IMG/VR virus record: IMGVR_UViG_3300037991_002562
Location: 32,001-96,000 of that record
DNA: 64,000 bases
Source: a virus
Lineage: Duplodnaviria; Caudoviricetes
Direction: 5' to 3' (one strand)
How positions within the stretch are numbered: position 1 is the first letter of the stretch; every line of letters begins with the position of its first letter. The notes beneath the pieces were generated by a model. It was given only the letters and a program-made list of their open reading frames with translations, did no database searches and had not been told where the DNA came from. The translations under genes were made by a program, and so were the position numbers. Shown here piece by piece: positions 8,994 through 17,723 of the stretch.

Positions 8994-9293
8994 ATGAGGT
9001 ACATGAAGCTACCACCAAAGGTAGATTTTAAAAAAGTTAAGCTACCAATCGGTACTAGGATTAAGTTTACAAAAGAGCTTAGTAGCGGCCCTGATGACTA
9101 TAGTCCCGGCAACCTATACGCTGAAAAAGATTCTACAGGTATAGTACACAGTCACGGTGGCTGGGAAGGCCACATGGTTAAATGGGACAAGTGGAATGCA
9201 GAGTTTGGAGCAATATACGGTGAGGAATTTGTAATTGATTATGAGTACTACAGAAAAAACAATATTAGCATTAGTGACTGGCTTAGAAAATGA
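8994..9293 (+). CDS. Hypothetical protein
   Basis: Tightly packed ORF in the early operon. Confidence 0.65.
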   Translation: MRYMKLPPKVDFKKVKLPIGTRIKFTKELSSGPDDYSPGNLYAEKDSTGIVHSHGGWEGHMVKWDKWNAEFGAIYGEEFVIDYEYYRKNNISISDWLRK

Positions 9294-9556
9294 ATAAACT
9301 AATACAACTACTTAATGAACTTGCTACTATGTATCCGTATAATGAGAAGATACGGCAAGCCCGTACTTTGGCGGTGGCAGAAGATTCGTTCTACCGTAAT
9401 AAGTTTGTGTTTTCTGGAGAGCAACTATTAGAGTATACAAAGAAAGTTCAGATTTCCGGTCTTAATTCTTTTAAGGCTAAGGTTGACCCTAGAATACATG
9501 CTGCTATTGACCAAGAAGTTAAGGGCATAGAAAGATTTGGAGAAAGCGATGTTTGA
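9290..9556 (+). CDS. Hypothetical protein
   Basis: ATGA overlap with the upstream ORF. Confidence 0.65.
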   Translation: MNKLIQLLNELATMYPYNEKIRQARTLAVAEDSFYRNKFVFSGEQLLEYTKKVQISGLNSFKAKVDPRIHAAIDQEVKGIERFGESDV

Positions 9557-9866
9557 TGCAAATTTAAGATTAGGCGTAGGAAACAACAAGGCGGTATTTG
9601 TTAAACCGTACAACTTAAACAGTGGATTACGAGAGATAGGATTAACCACTAAAGAAGTGTATCTGGCTATTAAGATAACAAAGCACAGTATACGTATTCT
9701 GATTGACGGGGTTTGGTTCTACCTAGAAGAAAACGAACGTAAAGACCGTGGTGCTTTAATAGTATACGAAGGTAATGCTGATTTTACAGGATTTATTGAC
9801 GAAAATAGCCTAGAGATGGCTAAGGAAATATTTGGGGTAGACCAAGAACTTGACTTAGGAGATTGA
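9549..9866 (+). CDS. Hypothetical protein
   Basis: GGAG RBS before the ATG at 9549; operon packing. Confidence 0.6.
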   Translation: MFDANLRLGVGNNKAVFVKPYNLNSGLREIGLTTKEVYLAIKITKHSIRILIDGVWFYLEENERKDRGALIVYEGNADFTGFIDENSLEMAKEIFGVDQELDLGD

Positions 9867-9867
9867 T

Positions 9868-10146
9868 ATGAAACTTGAACATAATAAGGTGTATTTAGTA
9901 CACGCTAGAAACAGCTATGTGGCCTTGTGGGATGAGCATGAAGAAGTGTTTATTGTGCCACGTTATAAGCTGGGGACTAGGGATACTATTTATGAGGTAT
10001 ACGTTGATGTTATAAAAGAACTTGATGTAGTTGTTCCAGAATGGCATGAAGCGGATGACCTTACTGAGTTCCTGCATAAATGCGCTGCGCAACACTATGA
10101 TGAGTATGACCCACGTTTAGAACCTGAGATTAAATACGGTAAATAG
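9868..10146 (+). CDS. Hypothetical protein
   Basis: AGGAG RBS; operon packing. Confidence 0.65.
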   Translation: MKLEHNKVYLVHARNSYVALWDEHEEVFIVPRYKLGTRDTIYEVYVDVIKELDVVVPEWHEADDLTEFLHKCAAQHYDEYDPRLEPEIKYGK

Positions 10147-10167
10147 TGGTGAAAATTAAAAAATCAC

Positions 10168-10196
10168 TTGCAAATTTGCTGTAAAATCTATATAAT
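10168..10196 (+). promoter_or_regulatory. Early promoter TTGCAA-N17-TATAAT
   Basis: UP element AAAATTAAAAAATC; downstream AATTGAGGG. Confidence 0.85.
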
Positions 10197-10267
10197 AGTT
10201 TACAGAAATTGAGGGAAAAACTATTTAAGGAGATTCCCATGTAATTAACGAACTAGGAGTTTATTTA

Positions 10268-10570
10268 GTGTCAGACAATAAAGATTGTAAAACGTCACAC
10301 TACGACTTTACGTATCATTTACGTAGAGACGATACACTAACTGGTCAGGTCGTCTTAGACCCGTACGCAGTTGCAAAAATTTGGAAGTTGGGTGAAAGAG
10401 ACCCATCTGGTTGCCTTTTTCATATATTGAAGACAGTCGCGAGACTTGGACAGAAAGAAGGCAATACCCTAGAACGTGAAATACAATCAATTGAACTTAC
10501 CTTACAACGTTATCGTGAGGTACGTAAGATTAATGAATTTGAAATAGATTCAGAAGAATACAACCTATAA
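10268..10570 (+). CDS. Hypothetical phage protein (possibly DUF3310-like)
   Basis: AGGAG RBS, GTG start; SHY...DPY...H.LK...R.G.K pattern (weak recall). Confidence 0.6.
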   Translation: MSDNKDCKTSHYDFTYHLRRDDTLTGQVVLDPYAVAKIWKLGERDPSGCLFHILKTVARLGQKEGNTLEREIQSIELTLQRYREVRKINEFEIDSEEYNL

Positions 10571-10830
10571 TGCAAGTGTAGCAGCCCTTACAACAATTTA
10601 GAGGGCTTACGTCTTCCGCTAGGAACTTTTGTTGTGGTTCAGAGTTGGCGTATACCTGTGTGGTGCATGTATCAGTTTAAGTTTAGCTGACAGTCTATAC
10701 ACAGAACAGAGCCTGGCGACCCTTACCGGTAGCCCGTTCTGGAAAGAGTATAGAGTGACTAACCAAAGGCAGAGAGGAACGGCATAATCGCACTCGCTGA
10801 CCGGCGACCGGAGTACCCCGCGCAAAAAAT
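10571..10830 (+). ncRNA. Putative structured non-coding RNA or leader (unclassified)
   Basis: GC-richer than its surroundings, no credible ORF, multiple nested stems with G.U pairs (see findings). Confidence 0.4.
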
Positions 10831-10857
10831 AGTAGACTTATTAGAGGAAGTATTTTA

Positions 10858-13584
10858 ATGACGTTACAAGTTCTTGAGGCTTGCGACTATAACGATAAAA
10901 ATGAAAACGGGTTCTACCGCGTATTAGCGGTAGATACCTATTTCTGTAAACGTTTTACGGGGAGCGGTGAAAAACCTGCTAATGCCCGTAAGCGATACAA
11001 GCTAGGGTCGTTTTACGACCCAGATTGCTTGCAACAACTCTTACCGGTACTTCAAAGCCTAGAAAATGACCCTCAAAAGTTGGTTATTAGGCATAAGTAT
11101 TGTAGAGCAAAACAAGGTGATAAGGTTTTTCGTCGAGTAGACGAGGTTGAACCACATCCATCGAAAATTATAGCAATAGACGTTGACGGAATCATTCGTC
11201 CAGCTCATATATCTGCTACTGACCTTATTTCGCAGGGAAATTACGTCTGTAATTTACTACATAAATGCGATCCGGAGGTCTTCCCTGACGACATGGCTTT
11301 TATTTGCCAAGCGTCTGCTAAAGCAGGTATGACTGAAAATATCCGTATTCACTTGTGGATAGAAAATGATTCTAATCTTACGCAAGGGCAACTTCGTAAT
11401 TTATTTATGCAAGTTAACTCTAGATATAAGGAAATTTTTGATACTAGCGATGAGTTAGTAGACACCGCATTGTACCATGACGTACAAGCGCATTATACGG
11501 CTGCCCCAATGTTCATTGGTGTAGACGACCCTTTTATTAGAAGCCCAAGAACCGTCTATGAATATGGAGTAGTAGCTAGAATACCTGATACTATTTCATC
11601 TTACGCAAAGACTGTGCGAGCCTCGGAAGAGGAGGTCTATGAGTACCTGCAACAAATAGATGGTGGTTCAGAAGCATCAGAAGCGTTTTGGAGAAAATGG
11701 TCTGTTGTAGAAAACTGGAATATAGCCGAATCCGGCTTGCGTACTAAAATAATTTCATTATACCATGAGGCTGTTCAGGATACCTTTAACATAGACTTAC
11801 TCGATTCTATGGTTAAAAAAGTCCTAGAGAAGAAACGTCCAGGTTCTGAGCAAGACTACGTAAACCAAGCCAAAGCCGCAGCTATAATAGAGATAAAAAA
11901 CAACTCTGTTAGAAGCATACCTAATGAGTATGAAAAACTTCCTATATCCACTATTCAAAGTGGGTCTTTACCAAAATACTTAGACATTAATAAAGAAAAA
12001 ATGCCTAGTGACGGTGTAGTATTTCTAAAGGCATCGTTGGGTACGGGTAAAACACATACTGTTGAAACTTGGTTAAGAAACGGCTATATTAAAGGAAAAT
12101 TCTTAGCACTTACTGATACATCCGCGTTAGTAGAATCAAACGCTGCCAGATTCAAAGCTGGAGACTTTCGCTCGCCTCAAGCAAGGTTAGACTTCGCGAC
12201 TGGATCACTGGATAGACTATCAGGAACTCTACATAGCTTAGTAAAGATTAAAGATTTCACTAGAGACTTTGACTTCTTGTTTATCGATGAAGCTGACTCG
12301 GTACTAAACAACCTATTGTTTGCTAAAATTATCGATGATGAGGTTAGGTTTCAAATTAGGGAAATTTTATTTGAATTACTCACTTATACTAAAGTGGTAG
12401 TTTTATCTGATGGGGACTTATCAGAAGAGACTGTAGCGCAATACATAGAGCTAGTTGAAGGTAACAGAGATTTTTACCGAGTAGATCACTATCGCCCAAA
12501 TTTAAAAAATATACCTGCTTATCGACACCACAAAGAATCCTCTATATGGGGAGCTGTTCAAGGGTCGTTAGAGACAGGTTCTAAGGCGCTGGTCGTTACC
12601 GACCAAGGGCCCGACAAGCTTAATATAATGCAGAAAACTCTATCAAGAGCCTGCCCAACCAAAAACATAAAGGTAGCCCATGCAAATTCTAAAATGGATT
12701 CAGACGTACAGCAAATCATTAACGATACAGACGTTGCACTCGAAGGCATGCGAGTGGATGCTCTCCTATGCTCCCCTAGCGTCACTAATGGAGTTGACTT
12801 TAGCTATTTCGATGCAGTTTTCGTAATAACTAAGACTTCTAACCATACTCCAAATATGCGATTTCAGGCTTTAATGCGTGAGCGTAGTCCTAGTGAAGTT
12901 CATTACTTTTTTAGTAATATCAAAGGTTACGTAACCGGATATAAGGACTCTAAGGTAGAATCGGGATGGTTTGAAAAAGCTAGACATAGTTTTGCTCTAA
13001 GACGAGAACGAGAGTTCAGGTCTTACTTAGGTACATTTAATTATTACCTAATTAGGGCAGGATGTAAAATAGAAGCCATTACAGACCCTTATGAGCCGCC
13101 AGATGAAGCCGCAGCTAAAGAAGATTACTATATCGAAAGAGCAACAGCGTTACTAAATTCTAAAGCAGAGTCATTCATACCAAGGCACAACGATGCCTAT
13201 GAGTTGAAAATGCTTTATTGTGCGTTATACGACGTAGATGAAGACAGTATCAGCTTTGACGATGCTCATGCTTTTGTTCAGTTAAAGATTGAAGAGAAGC
13301 TAGACTTCCTACACTCTATTATTCCAGTGTTCTGGGAAGAGATTAGTAAAGCATCTACTCAAAAGCTAATGGTAGCTCTTAGAGAGAAAGGTAAGCACTT
13401 TTACTTAGCGACAGGACAACAAGCTAGACCAAGCATGGCCTATGCTAAAAATGTCCTTAAAAGGTGTATGATAGAAACATTAGACGATGTAGAAGAGGTA
13501 AAAGAGTTGTATAGACGCTATTGCTTGTTCAAGGGCTACGAGAATCCACTTAACAAAGAGGAAAAAGCCTGTGAAATCGTTTGA
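10858..13584 (+). CDS. T5-like replication origin-binding protein (primase-like N-terminus plus SF2/UL9-like helicase)
   Basis: AIDVDG and RIHLW N-terminal motifs; ASLGTGKT, FIDEAD, SPSVTNGVDF, Q...RER; T5 synteny. Confidence 0.85.
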   Translation: MTLQVLEACDYNDKNENGFYRVLAVDTYFCKRFTGSGEKPANARKRYKLGSFYDPDCLQQLLPVLQSLENDPQKLVIRHKYCRAKQGDKVFRRVDEVEPHPSKIIAIDVDGIIRPAHISATDLISQGNYVCNLLHKCDPEVFPDDMAFICQASAKAGMTENIRIHLWIENDSNLTQGQLRNLFMQVNSRYKEIFDTSDELVDTALYHDVQAHYTAAPMFIGVDDPFIRSPRTVYEYGVVARIPDTISSYAKTVRASEEEVYEYLQQIDGGSEASEAFWRKWSVVENWNIAESGLRTKIISLYHEAVQDTFNIDLLDSMVKKVLEKKRPGSEQDYVNQAKAAAIIEIKNNSVRSIPNEYEKLPISTIQSGSLPKYLDINKEKMPSDGVVFLKASLGTGKTHTVETWLRNGYIKGKFLALTDTSALVESNAARFKAGDFRSPQARLDFATGSLDRLSGTLHSLVKIKDFTRDFDFLFIDEADSVLNNLLFAKIIDDEVRFQIREILFELLTYTKVVVLSDGDLSEETVAQYIELVEGNRDFYRVDHYRPNLKNIPAYRHHKESSIWGAVQGSLETGSKALVVTDQGPDKLNIMQKTLSRACPTKNIKVAHANSKMDSDVQQIINDTDVALEGMRVDALLCSPSVTNGVDFSYFDAVFVITKTSNHTPNMRFQALMRERSPSEVHYFFSNIKGYVTGYKDSKVESGWFEKARHSFALRREREFRSYLGTFNYYLIRAGCKIEAITDPYEPPDEAAAKEDYYIERATALLNSKAESFIPRHNDAYELKMLYCALYDVDEDSISFDDAHAFVQLKIEEKLDFLHSIIPVFWEEISKASTQKLMVALREKGKHFYLATGQQARPSMAYAKNVLKRCMIETLDDVEEVKELYRRYCLFKGYENPLNKEEKACEIV

Positions 13585-13834
13585 TGACTTAGCTAACCCA
13601 CATAAAGCACGCCCGCCTAGAAAGCGTAGGCGTGCTCCAACCAAAAACCCTAACCAACCAAAACTTAAAGAGGTAGACAAAACCAGATGTCAAGTAGTAC
13701 CCCTTGTGGTACGATTATTTCCAGAGTTATTAGAGCATAGCTTTAGAATAGATAACTTCAACCCTCACAACACATATATTCAGATACTCTCAGAAGCAGG
13801 AAAATTAAGAAAAGAATTGCTAAATCTCTTATAA
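13571..13834 (+). CDS. Hypothetical basic protein
   Basis: Overlaps the end of the origin-binding gene. Confidence 0.55.
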   Translation: MKSFDDLANPHKARPPRKRRRAPTKNPNQPKLKEVDKTRCQVVPLVVRLFPELLEHSFRIDNFNPHNTYIQILSEAGKLRKELLNLL

Positions 13835-13845
13835 TCTAATATAAT
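13817..13845 (+). promoter_or_regulatory. Early promoter TTGCTA-N17-TATAAT
   Basis: Consensus-like hexamers with A-rich upstream sequence. Confidence 0.75.
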
Positions 13846-13874
13846 ATACGTATATTAAGAAATGAGGAAAGATT

Positions 13875-14120
13875 ATGAAATTCGATAGAGTTAAGTTTGT
13901 AGAAGATGCAAAACAAGGCGCTATGGTAGTAACATTTCAGAAAGTTGACAAATCTATCCGCAAGATGGTTTGTACCTTGCAACCAGAAATCGTAAATCCT
14001 ACACTTAAAGGCGGAATGCGTAACACACGTCCGGAGGACGTTACGCCTGTTTACGACCTTGAAGCAAAAGGTTGGCGTTCTTTTAGAAACGATAGTGTAA
14101 TGTCAGTAGAGGAGCTATAA
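13875..14120 (+). CDS. Small SH3/WYL-like (DUF2693-type) protein
   Basis: VTFQKVD..IR.M.CTL...VYDLE.KGWRSFR pattern. Confidence 0.75.
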   Translation: MKFDRVKFVEDAKQGAMVVTFQKVDKSIRKMVCTLQPEIVNPTLKGGMRNTRPEDVTPVYDLEAKGWRSFRNDSVMSVEEL

Positions 14121-14122
14121 TT

Positions 14123-14791
14123 ATGGCTAGAGCTAAACTTGATGTAACTCCAGAACAAATGGAGAGTGTAATCGCTTATTTGGAAACAGATAAAGCGACT
14201 AAAAAAGCTGCCTGTGAGATGCTTGGCATTGCGTATAATACTAAGCGTCTAGGTACGCTTATCGAAGATTATCAGCAAGGTCTAGAAAGAGACAAGCGAC
14301 TTCGCGCTAAGAAGCGTAAAGAACCTGTTACAAAAGCCGAAGTAGTAAATATCATCACAGATTATTTGTCTGGTGATTCTTTAGCTGAACTATCAGATAA
14401 CTACTACCGTAGCACAGCTATTCTTAAATACCATCTAGAAAAGCACGGTGCTCTTCTTAGAACTAACGAGCGTGTAAACGAGCTTAACCCGCCTTTGTTA
14501 CCTGATGAATGTATGGCGGATTCTTTTGAAAACGGACAATACGTATGGGTAGCCAAGTATGGCTCGATTGGTATCGTTAAGGCGAAATTTAAAAATGCGT
14601 ATCGTGTCAAAGTAATCAACGAGTCTATGAACCAGTATTGTTATCAACCTCCAGAAGAGCTTGGGTCGCTTGAGCATCTGATAGAGCTTGGGGTGGATGT
14701 TAAAGGACTTATCAAGTCTGCAATGTCCGATGACGATATTTTGATAAAAGTTAACGAGGGTGTAAAAAATGCCAACAAACGAACTAAGTAA
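14123..14791 (+). CDS. D2: T5 D2-like DNA-binding protein
   Basis: TKKAACEMLG, YLSGDS...YYRS...LE.HGALLR resemble T5 D2; synteny. Confidence 0.8.
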   Translation: MARAKLDVTPEQMESVIAYLETDKATKKAACEMLGIAYNTKRLGTLIEDYQQGLERDKRLRAKKRKEPVTKAEVVNIITDYLSGDSLAELSDNYYRSTAILKYHLEKHGALLRTNERVNELNPPLLPDECMADSFENGQYVWVAKYGSIGIVKAKFKNAYRVKVINESMNQYCYQPPEELGSLEHLIELGVDVKGLIKSAMSDDDILIKVNEGVKNANKRTK

Positions 14792-14906
14792 TTTTGTGAT
14801 GCCGTATACTATGGCATCGCAGCAAGAATTAACCGACCTAACTAAGCGCGAGCTTGAAGCTAGTAAATAGATCATAGATAAACTAACTAGGATTATAGAA
14901 TATATT

Positions 14907-15473
14907 ATGACTAAACAAACCGATGAAAACTTTGCAACGTGTGCAGACGCAGTACGAAAAGAGAATACTGCGCTGAAAAAGCGTATTGCTGAAATAAAAC
15001 AACTAATGGAGAACGACTTAGTCGTTGTTACACGTAAAAAAGATTTTCAGATTAAAGAGCTCCAAAGTAAACTTGAGCAAACTGTCTCTGAAAAAGAAAT
15101 GATAGTTAATGAAACCAAGTGTATGGTTAATAAGCTTGAGAAGCGATGTGAAGACTATGAGAAGAAAGAGCAATGCGTGAAACAGTACGTAACTGATATT
15201 GAGTCAAAACTGTTTAAGGCTAATAGTACCATCAAGGATATAACCCAGGATCTTGATAAGAAGCAAGAAATAATCAATGAACAACAAAAAGAGCTAGAGA
15301 CAGCTAGTATAGAACTACGTCATTATCGCTTTAAGGATGAAGTCAACCAACTACTGTCTGATGTAGCTACGGGGTTAGATAGTGAGATTAAGAGCTTAAT
15401 GGAAGAGTACGGTGTCGAAACCTCTGGCTTCTCCGTAAAATTTGTAGTAGAAGAAGAGTATGAAGATGAGTAA
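14907..15473 (+). CDS. Coiled-coil hypothetical protein
   Basis: E/K/Q-rich heptad pattern. Confidence 0.7.
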   Translation: MTKQTDENFATCADAVRKENTALKKRIAEIKQLMENDLVVVTRKKDFQIKELQSKLEQTVSEKEMIVNETKCMVNKLEKRCEDYEKKEQCVKQYVTDIESKLFKANSTIKDITQDLDKKQEIINEQQKELETASIELRHYRFKDEVNQLLSDVATGLDSEIKSLMEEYGVETSGFSVKFVVEEEYEDE

Positions 15474-15558
15474 TATTACCACAGCAGAAGCAGCTAGCTC
15501 TGGTAAGCTAGACACACGAGTAGACGCGTTAGGGTTTAGTAAGTCAGAAATTCATTAA
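15466..15558 (+). CDS. Possible 30-aa small protein
   Basis: ATG overlaps the upstream stop region; MSNITTAEAASSGKLDTRVDALGFSKSEIH fills the gap to the next promoter. Confidence 0.35.
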   Translation: MSNITTAEAASSGKLDTRVDALGFSKSEIH

Positions 15559-15563
15559 ATTTC

Positions 15564-15592
15564 TTGACCAAAAGCCCAAATCATAATATAAT
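15564..15592 (+). promoter_or_regulatory. Early promoter TTGACC-N17-TATAAT
   Basis: Consensus hexamers. Confidence 0.85.
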
Positions 15593-15624
15593 ACCTTTTC
15601 AATAATAAAAGAAGGAAATAAAAA

Positions 15625-16020
15625 ATGTCTGACTGGACACCTGAATCAAAAGATGAACTAATTGCGCAATACGTAACGGAAATTGAAAAATTTCCAGAAG
15701 AAGAGCGCGGCGACCACAGTGCGGGTATCGTAAAGAGCTTATCAGAGCAGTTTGATAAGACCGTTAACGGTGTGCGTATTATTTTATCGAAAGCTGACGT
15801 TTACGTCAAGAAAACTCCAACCGCTAAAGCAGCTAAATCTGCTGACGGCTCAACTGGCGCTAAGCGTGTTAATAAAGCACAAGCAATTGAAGAACTAAAA
15901 ACTGCGATTGCAACTATCGACGAAGACCTAATCGACGAAGATATCGTGACTAAACTAACAGGTAAAGCTGCGCAGTACTTCACAAGCGTTCTAACACAAG
16001 CAACAGCACTAAAGGGGTAA
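15625..16020 (+). CDS. D3: T5 D3-like DNA-binding protein
   Basis: W..E...L...Y, T.NGVR.ILSKA.VY, KLTGKAA.YF; synteny. Confidence 0.75.
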   Translation: MSDWTPESKDELIAQYVTEIEKFPEEERGDHSAGIVKSLSEQFDKTVNGVRIILSKADVYVKKTPTAKAAKSADGSTGAKRVNKAQAIEELKTAIATIDEDLIDEDIVTKLTGKAAQYFTSVLTQATALKG

Positions 16021-16024
16021 TAAT

Positions 16025-16369
16025 ATGGATGCAAAAACTTTTGAGCGTAACGCACAAGGCGACTTCTACCTGTATTACCGAAAAAGTGGTAGCAATCAAA
16101 TTACCTACCTTACGGGGACTCGTGACTTACACGAGTCTTCCTACATAGAAAAGGAATTACCTGATAATGCCAGACGTAAAAACTCCGATGGTAGTTATCA
16201 TATAGTAGCCAATGAGGATGGTAGTGTAAATGTGCTGAATAACAACAGAGTTGCGGTGTGGAGTTGGAACTCATACAAGTTACGATTCTTACCACTATCT
16301 AGAATTGTTAAGATTGTACCCCTGAGTTCTGTACTAGGGAATAGCAATGCTGGAAGGTCACGTAGATAA
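16025..16369 (+). CDS. Conserved T5-like hypothetical protein
   Basis: Synteny between D3 and the PC4-like gene. Confidence 0.65.
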   Translation: MDAKTFERNAQGDFYLYYRKSGSNQITYLTGTRDLHESSYIEKELPDNARRKNSDGSYHIVANEDGSVNVLNNNRVAVWSWNSYKLRFLPLSRIVKIVPLSSVLGNSNAGRSRR

Positions 16370-16631
16370 ACTAGAAGTCGAACTATTCAAAAACGACGAA
16401 AAAGGAATCTTATACAAGCTGTCAGTAACCGAGTTCAGAGGTAAGTCTTATCTTTCAGTTCGGGAATGGTATTTAGATTTTGAAGGAGTTTACGCTCCAA
16501 CAAAGAACGGATTTACAGTCCCGTATACTCTAGATACCACACTGGCTCTGTTTGAAGCCTTGGTAGATCTTCTGTCTAAAGCAGAAGTGTTAGAAACTTT
16601 ACTAGAGAAACGAAATGAAAGAACTACTTAA
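16347..16631 (+). CDS. PC4/p15-like ssDNA-binding protein
   Basis: LSV.EFRG..Y.SVREWY.D..G...PTK.G motif. Confidence 0.8.
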   Translation: MLEGHVDKLEVELFKNDEKGILYKLSVTEFRGKSYLSVREWYLDFEGVYAPTKNGFTVPYTLDTTLALFEALVDLLSKAEVLETLLEKRNERTT

Positions 16632-17586
16632 AACTGCTTCTGAAGCCTACTACGATGGAAACCCAATCCTTACTAATGAGCAATACGACACATTAGAACG
16701 TATGTACGGCCAAACTATCTCTGGTAACGGAGACACACCTCACGCATTTAGAATGTACTCACTTCAAAAGTGCTACGACATGCAGGATGCCCCACTAAGC
16801 ATCGAAAGATGTACCGAGACTCCCAAGCTAGACGGAGCTGCTATCTCAATATTATACGTCCAAGGAAATTATACATTGTCTCTTACTAGAGGCGATGGAT
16901 TTAAAGGGCGCGATATAACAGATAAAATCCGACAGCTTGTTCCACATAAGATCGAAACCGACAAGGATTTAGTACAAATTACTGGAGAAGTAGTTTGTAG
17001 CCACACTATGCCTAATGCACGGAATTACGTATCTGGAGCTTTAAACCTTAAAGACTTCGACGAGTACTCTAGCAAGGTTGTAGAAGGATCTATTGAATTT
17101 GTTGCCTACTCTGTACAAACCTCGGAATCTTCTATTGGTATTACTACCTCATATCCGGATGACATGAAGTTATTATACCGAAACGGATTTTTGCCTGTAA
17201 CTGAACTACAGATAGAAGATGGTTTAGCCTCTGCTTATGGAACAGCAAGCTTTCTAACAGACGGAATTGTGTACAGACTATCTAGTAACGCTCAATTCAA
17301 AGCGCATGGCTTTACCTCTAAGTTTCCAAAAGGAGCTTTTGCTTTCAAGGAGAATGCTGAGGCTGTGGAGACTACTCTTTTAGACGTAGTTTGGCAGACT
17401 GGAAAAAGCGGCAAGGTTTCTCCAGTGGCGATTCTAGAACCTGTTATGGTAGGGGATGCGAAAGTATCTCGCGCTACTCTTAACAATATAGAATTTATAA
17501 AGGCGCTAGACTTAGAAATAGGATGCAAGGTAGGCATTGTTCGCAGCGGTGAGATTATACCTTGTGTAGTTTCCCGTATTGATTAG
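16615..17586 (+). CDS. ligA: NAD-dependent DNA ligase, subunit A (adenylation and OB domains)
   Basis: AYY.G.P......YD, MYSL, KLDG, TRGDG, TDGIV, W.TG..G...PVA..EPV, RATL.N, RSGEIIP. Confidence 0.92.
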   Translation: MKELLKTASEAYYDGNPILTNEQYDTLERMYGQTISGNGDTPHAFRMYSLQKCYDMQDAPLSIERCTETPKLDGAAISILYVQGNYTLSLTRGDGFKGRDITDKIRQLVPHKIETDKDLVQITGEVVCSHTMPNARNYVSGALNLKDFDEYSSKVVEGSIEFVAYSVQTSESSIGITTSYPDDMKLLYRNGFLPVTELQIEDGLASAYGTASFLTDGIVYRLSSNAQFKAHGFTSKFPKGAFAFKENAEAVETTLLDVVWQTGKSGKVSPVAILEPVMVGDAKVSRATLNNIEFIKALDLEIGCKVGIVRSGEIIPCVVSRID

Positions 17587-17616
17587 AGTACACGGTGATA
17601 TAAATCAAAAAATCAC

Positions 17617-17645
17617 TTGTAATTTTTGACAAACGTGTATATAAT
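17617..17645 (+). promoter_or_regulatory. Promoter TTGTAA-N17-TATAAT between the ligase halves
   Basis: UP element AAAAAATCAC shared with the promoter at 10168. Confidence 0.8.
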
Positions 17646-17723
17646 ACTTTCATGGTTTGGGGGAGATAAGAACTTCTCCGTAAACCTAGGAAGTTCTCTC
17701 CCAGACCTGACCAAGGAATAACT

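Noticed and set aside
10810-10820. GAGTACCCC shared with about 60967-60975
   Set aside because: A single 9-bp match is within chance expectation for 64 kb
10619-10825. 68-aa minus-strand ORF
   Set aside because: Antisense to a strongly transcribed + operon, with no RBS or motif; a structured non-coding element explains the region better
17587-17723. Intron or intein remnant between the ligase halves
   Set aside because: No group I/II core or intein motifs; promoter, hairpin and RBS explain it, and the split ligase is normal in T5-like phages
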